Source of the DNA: Chiloscyllium plagiosum
Lineage: Eukaryota
DNA: 64,000 bases
Direction of reading: 5' to 3'
Assembly (NCBI RefSeq): GCF_004010195.1
Contig: NC_057718.1
Span: forward strand, 37,443,650-37,507,649
Shown: in pieces, positions 51,901-63,102 of the stretch
Numbering within the stretch: position 1 is the first letter of the stretch
Layout: every line of letters starts with the position of its first letter
The notes under the pieces: model-generated
Told to the model about the DNA's origin: nothing
The model's input: only the letters and a program-made list of their open reading frames with translations
The model's database searches: none
Translations under genes and position numbers: made by a program

Positions 51901-53391
51901 GTACCAGTCTCAGATTGATCTCTTTCCTTATTATCTCCCTGGGTCCCAGCACCCCCCCTCCACTTTAATAGTTTAAATCCTGCCAAGCAGCTCTAGCAAA
52001 TCTCCCTGCTAGTATATTAGACAACTTCCAATTCAGGTGCAATCCATCTTTCTTGTACAGGTCACTTCTACCCCAGAAGAGATTCCAATGATCCAAAAAT
52101 GTAAATCCTTCTCCACTACACCAGCTCCTCGACCATGCATTCATCTGCTCTATCCTCCTACTCCTACCCTCACTAGCTCGCAGCACCAGGAGTAATCCAG
52201 ATATTACTACCCTCGAGGACCTCTTTTTAAAATTCCTGCCTAACTCTCTGTATTCTCCCTCCAGAATCTCAACTTTTTCCTTTCCTCTGTCATTGGTTCC
52301 AATGTGTACAATAACCTCCTGCCGATCCCTCTCCCCCTTGAGAACATTCTGCACCAGGGAGGTAACACACCATTCTGATTTTTCACTGCTGGCCACAGAA
52401 ACGTCTGTCTGTGCCTCAGACCAGAGAGTTCCCTAATACAATTGATCTCTTGGAACCCGACATACCCCTCATTGCATTAGAGCCTGTCTTGATACCAGAA
52501 AATTGGCTGTTGGTGTTACATTCCCCTGAGAATCCATCACCCCTACATTTTCCAAAACAGCATATTTGTTTGAAATAGGGATAGCCACAGAAGATTCCTG
52601 CACTACCTTTCTTACCTTTCCTGGAGTTAACCCATCTATGTGAACTGTATCTGTGACTTGTCTCCCTTCCTATAGCTGCCATCCATCGCACCCCCTTGCT
52701 CTTGCAAATTCCTTATTGCCTCTAACTGTCGCTCCAACCATTCCATTCAATCTGATAGGATTCGCAATCAATGACATTTATTGCAGATATAATCCTCAAT
52801 AATGTGTAAACTCTCCCTAAGCCCCCACATCCGACAAGAAGAGCATATCACTCTACTAAGGACCATTTTTGCTTCTTCTAATCTGCAGACCCACAAAATG
52901 GCACTGTCTTATTCCTCTACAAAACACTGTTCCAGGCTAATTTAATATTTATGGCTTATATTTTTAAGTTTAATCAAGAGACATCTCAATAAAACATATC
53001 ATCAAGAAAGAACCCACTCTATTCACTACTGCAGACTTACAGCAAGTCCCCAAGGCCACACTTAAAACTATTCACTTATCTGTCTCTCAGCTGTGATCTC
53101 CCCCAAACAAGTTCCTCCAAGATCTGTTGTGAATTTCATTGTTAGTTAATTTTCCCAGATGCACTCTGATGTCCAGTGATAAATGAACTCAACAGCAAAG
53201 GCAGTAACTGCACAGGTTCACTGCTGTGTCAGGGAGCAGTGTGGGTTTCTTTCTCTCTCTTGCACTGACCTTACCATATGCTGGCTTTGTCTGTCCTTCT
53301 CCCTTTTAAAAGTGCCATTGTTTTGACTTTTTATTCCTCCAAAGTTCCAAAACAATGCAATAGCATATAAAACAGTAATTACTGCTCCTGG
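48995..53391 (-). mobile_element. Near full-length CR1 LINE (4.4 kb): 5'UTR, ORF1, APE-RT ORF2, tail; inactivated
   Basis: Ordered ORF pieces: esterase, [28 protein letters not shown]-terminus, (CTATGACT) tail. Many stops and frameshifts. Confidence 0.95.
51965..52866 (-). pseudogene. CR1 ORF1 with zinc motif and SGNH esterase
   Basis: CSSCRMW..CNKC, IVLGNSLV, IVHIGTND, DGLHLN. Confidence 0.85.
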
Positions 53392-54471
53392 AGAATGCAG
53401 CTATCACACTTCAGTTAAAAATAAAGTTAGATAGAAAATGAAGGAGCTAATTATAATGCTTTTCTTGAATGAAAGGAAGAGGTATTTTGTTCCCAACTAA
53501 TTCTGAGAAACAAGAATGAAAAGCTAAGCAAGTGGATGCAAAACCACAAGTAATAAATTTAAAAGGGAGTGTCTAGTATGGACAAGGAGAATAAAGGAAA
53601 TATAGTTTTGTGCCTCTCTTGAGCCTAGCTCCATTGTCTTTCTAAGCTGGCTAACTAATAGGCAAACCCTTTCATCTCCCAATATGTGAGATTATATACA
53701 AGAGTGAACTCAAGAAAGAGATGCAAATTTCTTGGCACTGACTTATCTGCCTCATTTCTATATGTTCAGTTAAAAACAGCAATTTCAGTGCAGACAGATT
53801 TATTTATTCCATATGGGTCTCCTGAAATTTTGCCCCAATCTGTTGTCAGGTGACCACTTTCACCATTTTAGATTCCAATTTCTTACTTTCTAGAAACCAT
53901 TTCAGTCCATGAAAAGTCTTAAGTATAATCAGCAGATGATGGAAGTTAACATCTGATAGTAACATTAATCAAAATCAATGCAATACTTACAAATAAAAAT
54001 TAGAATATGCAAATCTTAGGGCAATTAACAGAAAAATCCAATTACTGTTCCAATTAAGTTCATTCTCCTAGACCTTTAAGAAAAATAATGTTAATGTCAA
54101 TTTTTAATATTTATAGAAGATTAATTAGAACCACTGCATAATTTTAACTCTTGGGTCATTTGGCCAATACTCAAAAGTTTTTAAAAATATTAGTCATCGC
54201 TTGTTCCACAAATATAAGTTAAACATTAAATTTCCAGAAACGAATTAAAAAGTTTCCTGGAGGCAGTTAGTGTAAATTTCTTTTAATTATGGTTTCTGAA
54301 TCAAGTATTATTTTATGTAGAAGTGTGCAATTGGGTTACATTCTTAGAATGGACCAGTAAATATTCTACAGTTATTTTTGAGATTACATCAAGCTAAGGA
54401 TTTCATATGATTTTCTAAATTTTATATATAGATGAGGTCAATGGCAAACATATGGTACACAACATTGCTTG

Positions 54472-55628
54472 TTGTGTACCATATCGGTGCCGCCTCGTGC
54501 TCCCACGAGGAGGTTGAACAGTTCATCCACTTCACCAACACCTTCCACCCCGACCTCAAATTCACCTGGACAGTCTCAGATTCCTCCCTCCCCTTCCTCG
54601 ACCTTTCTATTTCTATCTCAGGCGACCGAATCAACACGGACATCTACTACAAACCAACCGACTCCAACAGCTACCTGGACTACACCTCCTCCCATCCTGC
54701 CCCCTGTAAAAACGCCATCCCATTCTCCCAATTCCTTCGACTCCGCCGCATCTGCTCCCAGGAGGACCAGTTCCAAAAAAGCACANNNNNNNNNNNNNNN
54801 NNNNNNNNNNNNNNNNNNNNNNNNNNNNNNNNNNNNNNNNNNNNNNNNNNNNNNNNNNNNNNNNNNNNNNNNNNNNNNNNNNNNNNNNNNNNNNNNNNNN
54901 NNNNNNNNNNNNNNNNNNNNNNNNNNNNNNNNNNNNNNNNNNNNNNNNNNNNNNNNNNNNNNNNNNNNNNNNNNNNNNNNNNNNNNNNNNNNNNNNNNNN
55001 NNNNNNNNNNNNNNNNNNNNNNNNNNNNNNNNNNNNNNNNNNNNNNNNNNNNNNNNNNNNNNNNNNNNNNNNNNNNNNNNNNNNNNNNNNNNNNNNNNNN
55101 NNNNNNNNNNNNNNNNNNNNNNNNNNNNNNNNNNNNNNNNNNNNNNNNNNNNNNNNNNNNNNNNNNNNNNNNNNNNNNNNNNNNNNNNNNNNNNNNNNNN
55201 NNNNNNNNNNNNNNNNNNNNNNNNNNNNNNNNNNNNNNNNNNNNNNNNNNNNNNNNNNNNNNNNNNNNNNNNNNNNNNNNNNNNNNNNNNNNNNNNNNNN
55301 NNNNNNNNNNNNNNNNNNNNNNNNNNNNNNNNNNNNNNNNNNNNNNNNNNNNNNNNNNNNNNNNNNNNNNNNNNNNNNNNNNNNNNNNNNNNNNNNNNNN
55401 NNNNNNNNNNNNNNNNNNNNNNNNNNNNTCGCATTTCCAACACCCCTCCCCCAAATCCCTCCTCCCTACCTTTTACCTTAGCCTGCTGGACACACTTTCC
55501 TCATTCCTGAAGAAGGGCTTATGCCCGAAACGTCGATTCTCCTGTTCCCTGGATGCTGCCTGACCTGCTGCGCTATTCCAGCAACACATTTTCAGCTCTG
55601 ATCTCCAGCATCTGCAGCCCTCACTTTC
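54472..55628 (+). mobile_element. 5'-truncated Penelope-like element with a 643-N gap
   Basis: FHPDLKFTW..LPFLDL..YYKPTDSNSYLDYTSSHP..IPFSQFLRLRRICS; pLTR 3' end. TSD ACACAACATTGCTTG at 54457-54471 and 55629-55643. Confidence 0.93.
55507..55534 (+). ncRNA. Minimal hammerhead ribozyme core
   Basis: CUGAAGA A GGGC-UUAU-GCCC GAAA CGUC. Confidence 0.8.
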
Positions 55629-58600
55629 ACACAACATTGCTTGCAATGTCTTAAATCTTCTGACAAAATTGAGTTTTATTTTGCCAAGTGAATAGAAGTT
55701 GCTGTACATCAAATGAAAATCCCCAATGTCCAAAAACCTAATCATCATAATATGGTGTGTTGTTATGTAATTTTAGTTTTAATTATTATGATACATAATA
55801 GAATGGAAAATAAGAGTTATACTGTCACTCTATTAAAAGATAAAAATATTTATTATTTATCACATAATTGCTCATACCATTATACCAAATAATAAATGTA
55901 TATTTATTAAACTTCACTCCTGGTTCTCGTTTGGCTAGTGTACAGTTTACCATGCCTTCCATCATGTCTGAACAATGACTTTTAGCCCAATACCCAGAAA
56001 AGCACCCTTCACCACATCAGGATGACATTTTTATTGCTACGTCAATTATGTTTATGGCTTCCTTGAGTGAGCTTGCTAATCAGAATCAATTGATACTTTT
56101 TCTATTCCTCACTGCCACTTAAGCATAAATTCAGCAGAAAATATAAACTAAGGATCAGCAAGGAAATTGCAGCTTCTAGTGGTCTACTTAACCCATGGTT
56201 CTGATGGATATGTTGGAGGGCAAATGTTTGCACTACTCTAGGATCATATGGGACTTACTGACTTGCACATATAAGATTGTTTGTAGTCCTGTTGAAGAAC
56301 GTACAATGTTGTGTTTGCACAGAGCAGAAAACTCACAATGAATTTATTGTTCCCTTGCTCAGCTTAGGCTACCTAGTTTTTCAACCTTATCATCAACTCA
56401 GCTCCTGATTTAAGACTTTAGGATGGCTGGAAATTATTATGGACTGCATGATTTTACTGTGCTATGGAAAATTGTGAGCATGAGGCTAATCGGAAAAGCA
56501 GGCCATTTGTCACTATTAATAAACCTGTCCCTTTTCCATGCACTCCATCCCAACACTCCAAATCCCAACCATGCCCCATCAACCCTGTGCATCCCAGCTG
56601 AAGATTCCACATAAAGCCTTTTACTTTTATGGATGGTTAGATCTAAACCAGCTCTAATGGAGGACTGTTTCAAGTAAACGTTTTGTATTCGCTTAGTCTC
56701 AGAGTGTTGTGAACTCCAGTATGTTTATACCATAGGGCAGATTCTATAGCAACAATGAATTGAACAATCAGTTTTTTTTCTGGCAGACGCAGATCTGTAC
56801 AAACCAACAATAAAGTCCCTGGCTTGAGCGGTAGACTGTCCATTCAGATATGACAGTTTGCCAAGTGATGCACTTACATCAGTTCTTTAATATTTCCATT
56901 TCTTGGCTTAGATAGCAGGATCAGCTCAGCAACTCTGGATCTTTACAACTTAGACATCTTGTAAGGAGGCCCAGTAGAAGGTGGATAACTTAAAGCAAGT
57001 GCACAATGTTATGGAATAAAGCTACTTATTAGCAGCTTAGGGCATGTAAATATGTGAAAAAGACAGAGAAAGACCAGCTGGTCACTTGAGTCTATTCTGT
57101 CCCAAACTCGGCAACGTAACTCCAAATGTTTCCCATTCAAGAATTTATTTTGTGAGCTCAGTTGTTTCCTTTGGAAAAGTAGTTATGGAGTGCTAGGAGG
57201 ATTTTCAGTCCGAATGACAACCTTTCATTCAACAACCAGCAAATGTTTCAAACAAATAATTCCTCGTTCAGTCCACAACTTGGTAAAGGACATTGCCATT
57301 TTGGTGAGTATCATGGCTTTGAATTTTCCAGAACCTACTCCAACGAACCTGAAGAAAGATTTGAGAGAAGTTGTAATTTTTTCAGTCTCAATGAGAGAAT
57401 TATGAAATTGCGATAGAGTCAAACAAAATATACCTGAACTCTGTTTCCATGATGGGGCAGGAGTGCCACAAGTGTATTAAATCGCGGACCACTCTGTGGA
57501 GTGGATATGCCCAGGTTTGTGAAATGTTGGAGGCCTTGAACACCCAACTTGAACCTCCATTAATGGCATCTATGAACACTATGAGTTGAATCTATGTGTT
57601 TTTGGTTAAATGGCTCTGGTGCAAGTTTTTAAAAGATTTTTTGCCATGAGGCCCAGAAAGATTTCTTATCATATTTTACCAAACTTGCCTCATTAGTGAC
57701 CTATCCCACCCCAATGCATCCCTCTCCTCTGACTCTCACCCAATCCTACCAGGCATCATTCCTGGAACAACCCGATACACAGCAGACATCTGCCAAAAGG
57801 TCAGCATCCCTGACCCCAATGCCTTAGTTAAAAGGCCATTATGCACCGAGTTGAGTACTAGCATTCTGAGGTTGGCCTACTTAGTGATGGGCATTCAGTG
57901 AGAGTGTGGGGAAAGGCAAGATAACATAAAGATTCACCAACTAGGATCTGGAGATCCTGGTCAAGGGTGGGTGATACAGAGAAGGGACACCATCTTCCCC
58001 GAGGACAGCCAGAGGAGGCCACACCACTAGACCCTGGCAGACTGAACAAAGGTCACGACCTTAGTCAGTGCTGTCTCAATGGTACAGAGGAAAGGCCAAT
58101 AGAACTGCAAGAAAATTAATAGCCTCTCTGCTCTGCCAAGGTAAGTGTTTCACTTTTCTCTCTGCCATCTCACTCTTACTCTAACTCTGCTACTACACCC
58201 ACCTCCCATAGACCCTGCCAATTCACTATTGTACGCAACATCTTTCCTGACTTGGTCATGTTCACCCTATAACCTCCCACAGCACTAACCCCCTGGCTGC
58301 TTACACACTAACCCAGGACGCCTCACCATCTTTCCACTATCTGCACCTGCACTAGCTGCCATGCTCTCCAATTTCATCTCAACCAATCATTCCTGGAGAA
58401 GACATTCCATAATTGGGCAAAAAAGATTCAAGCAGGTGGAGGTTGGCCCAATATCAGATTCTTTACTCCCTTATGAGGAGAGAATCCTTTCCCACACAAG
58501 AGAAGATGGGGACCACTCCTTTGGGGAATCCTGAGATATACAGGTCCTGCCAACTGGGTATGTACCAGTCTTCATTCTACTGTAACGCTGCAGACAATGT

Positions 58601-58718
58601 CATTCATTGCACACCATTTCTAACCACTGGCCACGATGCCTTCTCTCCCTTCAGTCTTGCAGGTAACAGTGGGATGACCACGGCCTAAGTGGAAAAATGA
58701 CCAACTCTATCTAAAAGG

Positions 58719-58948
58719 AGAAAGTGAGGACTGCAAATGCTGGAGATCAGAGCTGAAAAATGTGTTGCTGGAAAAGCAAAGCAGGTCAGGCAACATCCAA
58801 GGAGTTTTTTTTAAGGCAGCATCCAAGGAGCCACACCTGGCTACCACCCACTTCTTGATTCCTGAAGAAGGGGTTATGCCCGAAACGTCGATTCTCCTGC
58901 TCCTTGGATGCTGCCTGACCTGCTGTGCTTTTCCAGCAACACATTTTT
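58719..58948. mobile_element. Hairpin PLE-derived insertion, family A
   Basis: Inverted arms; TSD CAACTCTATCTAAAAGG at 58702-58718 and 58949-58965. Confidence 0.88.
58862..58889 (+). ncRNA. Minimal hammerhead ribozyme core
   Basis: CUGAAGA A GGG-GUUAUG-CCC GAAA CGUC; stem II has lost one pair. Confidence 0.7.
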
Positions 58949-59262
58949 CAACTCTATCTAAAAGGCAGTTCCACGACCTCTGAAGATGACAGTCCTAGCG
59001 CCTGTGAGGAAGCATCAGCAAGGCTACCTACTGCATCCCCATCAGCTCAGGTATTGATATGCTGGGGAGGTGCTGACCATAGAAGGTCTGGGAGCTCAAG
59101 CTGCTAAGCGCCTCACTTGATATCTCTGCAATAGGCCAAGGAAGAACCATACCTGGCTACTGCCCACCTCTTGTTTCTGAGATGACCATGCCAGCTGTGG
59201 TCAGACACTGCTCTTTCTCAAAGCCAGGATGCTCAAGCATGGACAGACACCAGCGCTGCATT

Positions 59263-60062
59263 ATCCAGTTACAAGTGGAGTTCCGCATCCAGTTACAAGT
59301 GGAGTTCCGCAGGGATCAGTTCTGGGTCCTCTGCTGTTTGTAATTTTTATTAATGACTTAGATGAGGGAGTCGAAGGGTGGGTCAGTAAATTTGCAGATG
59401 ATACGAAGATAGGTGGAGTTGTGGACAGTGAAGAAGGTTATCTAAGAGTACAATGCGATCTTGATCAACTGAGCCAATGAGTTAAGGAATGGCTGAAAGT
59501 GTTTAATTTAAATGAATGTGAGATATTGCATTTTGGTCTGACAAACCAGAACAGGATGACACAGTTAATGGTAGAGCTGTAGGAGTGCTGTTGAACAGAC
59601 AGCCTAGGCTTCAGGTACCTAGTTCCCTGAAAAAAGTGTCACAGACAGACAGAGTGTTGAAGAAGGTGTTTTGCACGCTTGCCTTCATTGCCTTCATGAG
59701 ATATTGGTGAGGTCACTTTTGGAGTATAGCATTTAGTCATGATCATACTCTTATGGGAAGGATATTATTAAATTTTAAAGGGTGCAGAAATGTTTTGCAA
59801 GGATGTTACTGGGACTGGAGGGTTTGAGTTATGAAGAGAGGTTGGAGATGTCAGGGGTGGGTTCTTTACCCAGAGAGTGGTGGGGGCATGGAATGCGCTG
59901 CCCGTGGGAGTGGTGGAGTCGGAATCATTGGCGACCTTTAAGCGGCATTTGGATAGGTACATGGATGGGTACTTAATCTAGGTTAGAAGTTCGGCACAAC
60001 ATCGTGGGCCGAAGGGCCTGTTCTGTGCTGTATTGTTCTATGTTCTATGTTCTATGTTCTAT
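59263..60062 (+). mobile_element. Mosaic 5'-truncated CR1
   Basis: [18 protein letters not shown]; internal deletion after EERL; (GTTCTAT)n tail; 24-bp tandem duplication at the 5' end. Confidence 0.88.
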
Positions 60063-61879
60063 TACCCCGTTCCCATCAGGCTTTATTGTCCCAACCCCCT
60101 CCTTGCAGATACTGTTGCTTCCCTTCATAATTGTCACCACCCTTTCCTCCCCAATAACCTGCTCCCCTCATTCCTGAAGAATAGCCTTCAACTCTCCTGA
60201 CCTTGGTCTCTGTGGTTGGCCCTGATGGACTGACCATGGCCCACCTCCTGAATGAATTAAACATGCAATCTTAGACAAAAGTGCCAGAGCCCTCACTGGT
60301 GAATGTACACATTCCTGACCCCATCACCCGATACATGAGACTGGCCACAATGGAGCCACAGGACTGACTGTGACCCACTCCCCAGATGATGACCATGATA
60401 ACTCACCTGGGCTGATATGGGATCAGTGCTAGGACCTCAAACTGACTTTAGTTAGGAGTACTCCCTTAAGACTTTGAGACGTGGCTACTTGCTTGCTGCG
60501 CGTGTGGTGTGTTTGCTGGCACATTGTGTAAGTGTGTGACTGATGTAGCATGATGTCGTACAGCAAGAAGTATACCCCCTTGACTGAGGACTCCTGATCA
60601 GCAAGGCAAACTCCCAGTTGTGTGACTGCACTAATTGGCATAGCAAGGCAAGGCATGAAGACTGGAAACATATAAACAGAGCAGTAAGACAACAAGTGAA
60701 CAGCTCTGGGCCAATCTGTAAACTGGATCCCTGCCCCTGCACACAAGCTATCCTTGCCACAGCCTTTCAATGTTAGTTGCTGGTGTGCCCTGTAATGCGG
60801 ATTGTATTTCCTAAGTGTCTTGCCAGTGAATTGGAGAGATGTCATGAGGATGCTCAGGGGTTGGCAAATCTCAGATGCTGATGAGGTGCTGCATGTGGCT
60901 GGTGGTTATGGATCATGCCCTAAGATGTTGACTTGTGCTGAGTAACATGGAGGTTCTCTGTACCTGCAGCACGTATCCATTCTGATTTCCATGTCTAGAA
61001 TTCTCAATGTTTAGCTGCTCTGCATGTGTGAAGCAATAGGAAACTGCATATTAATAAGGTAGGACCTGCAGTTAATTAAAGCATTAAACAAGCAATAATC
61101 CCCTTTAATAAGCAACTCATCACTGCCTTTAAGAAACTCACCTTAACATCTGGCAGTTGCTTAAAAGTTGCTCCTGATATTAAGGATCAACTTCAGAACT
61201 TCTAATATGATTCCAGCCCACATTGTTCAGGCCACCGGAGGATACTCCCCAATGTATTAAATGTTAGAACTCAGGAAGAGAGGGTGAATAGTGATTAGTT
61301 TATATGATTGCAGCATCTAACTGAATCTTGTGAGTTTGGCAAGTGAAGAACAATCTTTGTAGAGATAGGATTGTTTCAGCTCAAACAGTTCTGCTATGAC
61401 ATCACATCTGCTCAGAGAAGAGAAAATTATTCTCAGGAAAACTCTCGAGACGTGAGGATGCTCTGCTCTGGCTAATCCAGACCTGAAGAATGTCAATGGG
61501 AGAATAGATAAGGCTGTGCCCAAGATTACAGTACTACAAATCAATGAAAGGACAATTGAGAGGAGGACCAGGAGAAAGGTCAAGACCAGAATGCAAATAT
61601 TGGGAAGGTCATCAGAGGAATGAAAAGGTGGAAAATTTAATGTAGAGAAATCAGCGAATTAACTGCAAATATCTGAACCACATTGCATGCAAATCTTTCA
61701 ATAGATAGGGAAAAAGTAAACCTCAAAAGATGATTGGTAGAGAGATACCAGACAATAATTCTAATTCTAATTAATCTCTCCACACTTTAGAACAGCTCAT
61801 TTGGCGCTGTAAATGCTCGAGGTAGGAAGTGGTTTGTGATTGTTGTGGTGATGACTGCAGAATGACAGCATCATCCAAA

Positions 61880-62262
61880 TATGCAAATTAGGAGCAGGAG
61901 AAGCCCACTCAGCCCCTCAAGCCAGTTCCTCCATTCAATAGACTATGGCCGATCTGATTATTTCCCATTTCTATGCACCATTGACCAGCTTTCACTCCCT
62001 TGCTTATCTGGAATCTATCTCATCCAGAAAAACATTCAACGACTACTTCCACCAACTTTTGAGTAAGAGAGTTCCAAAGATTCATGATCCTTTGTGAGGA
62101 AAGTTTTCTCCTCATCGCTGTCTCAAATGGGCAACTTCTTATTTTTGCCAGCAATACCTAATTCTAGATACTTTCAGAAAGGGAAATCTCCATTCCATGT
62201 GCACCCTGTCAAGACCTGTCAAGATCATACGTGTTTCAATTAAATTGTCTCTCACTCTTCTA
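61880..62262 (-). mobile_element. Old CR1 3' fragment
   Basis: Antisense 3'UTR (attaggagcaggagaagcccactcagccc) related to 24624-25250. Confidence 0.7.
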
Positions 62263-62339
62263 CATGGAATAGTGGCTGAGTCTGCCTAACAATCGGAAGA
62301 AATCAGAACAGCATTGAAAGAAAGGAAAGGTGCAAAGCA

Positions 62340-63050
62340 CTTGAATAGACTGACCCACCTGGATGAATGTGGGGCCAAGTCCTGAACAAGCTATACTTTA
62401 TGATAAGGGAGAAAATCCTAAGGGCATGGAGGCAAAGCATTTTGCTATCAAAATTCAACGGAGATATTCTAGGTTGAAAACTACTGAGGAATTAAACTCC
62501 TATCACACATCTTCAAGGTATGGGACAGTCATGGACCAGAGACTGTGAAAAATATTGTTAAGTCCATGAAGGTTAGCTTGGATTCATGCCCGGAAAGGTA
62601 ATGTAACATGAATAATAAATGTATTCATTGATCTGAATAAGTATTATGACTTGGTGCCTTGGGATGAAGTATAGGGACGTGTTTGAAGTTAGGGACTTTC
62701 TATGAATTACATTCAATTATTACAGGTCATGAAATACCAGACGACAAGCATTGTTGCAAATCGTTAGAGTTAAGATCACACCAAGAATCAATACAATCTT
62801 TACACTGCATTAATAAGTATATGTTCCTCTTCCTCATCCTCATGGATGTTCTAACAGAGCAGAGCAAATGGGACAGGAAATGTAAAGGGTCAATCATTTT
62901 CATAGATGACCCCAGGATTTGTGATTGGCTTGATGACAATATGTGAGAGTATCAGCTGAAAAAGGAGAAATGCAGTGTAAGACAAAGGAATGAAGATCAG
63001 TACATCAAAAACTGGACTCTCTATCTGAGACTGGTCAAGAGAATCAAAGT
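62340..63050 (+). mobile_element. RTE-clade (Rex3/Expander-like) RT fossil
   Basis: GIKLLSHIFKVWD, GFMPGK, FIDLNKYYDLVPWDEV, FLFLILMDVLTE and IIFIDD, in RTE order. Confidence 0.75.
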
Positions 63051-63102
63051 GAAATTCTCCAGAATGTGGGTGAAAGGTATGGAATGTTACGTGGTAGACA
63101 TG

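Larger units (their letters stand above)
57905..59100 (+). pseudogene. PIF/Harbinger Myb/SANT-like gene fossil, copy 2, three exons
   Basis: Exon 1: RFTN*DLEILV..RRDTIFPEDSQRRP..KVTTLVSAVS..CKKINSL, then GTAAGT at 58141. Exon 2: EKTFHN..QAGGGWPNIRFFTP/YEERIL, then GTATGT at 58558. Acceptor TTGCAG ends at 58662. Confidence 0.7.

Noticed and set aside
52870..53100. Possible intron in the CR1 5'UTR
   Set aside because: The donor-like site reads CAGATAAGT in both copies rather than GT; the evidence is insufficient.
60070..61250. Possible Harbinger transposase partner next to Myb copy 2 (and a possible Myb piece at 21820-22120)
   Set aside because: No convincing ordered motifs by eye.
61317..61583. 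Hydrophobic ORF resembling a signal or membrane peptide
   Set aside because: It is antisense to purine-rich DNA beside an RTE fossil, with no domain or splice support.
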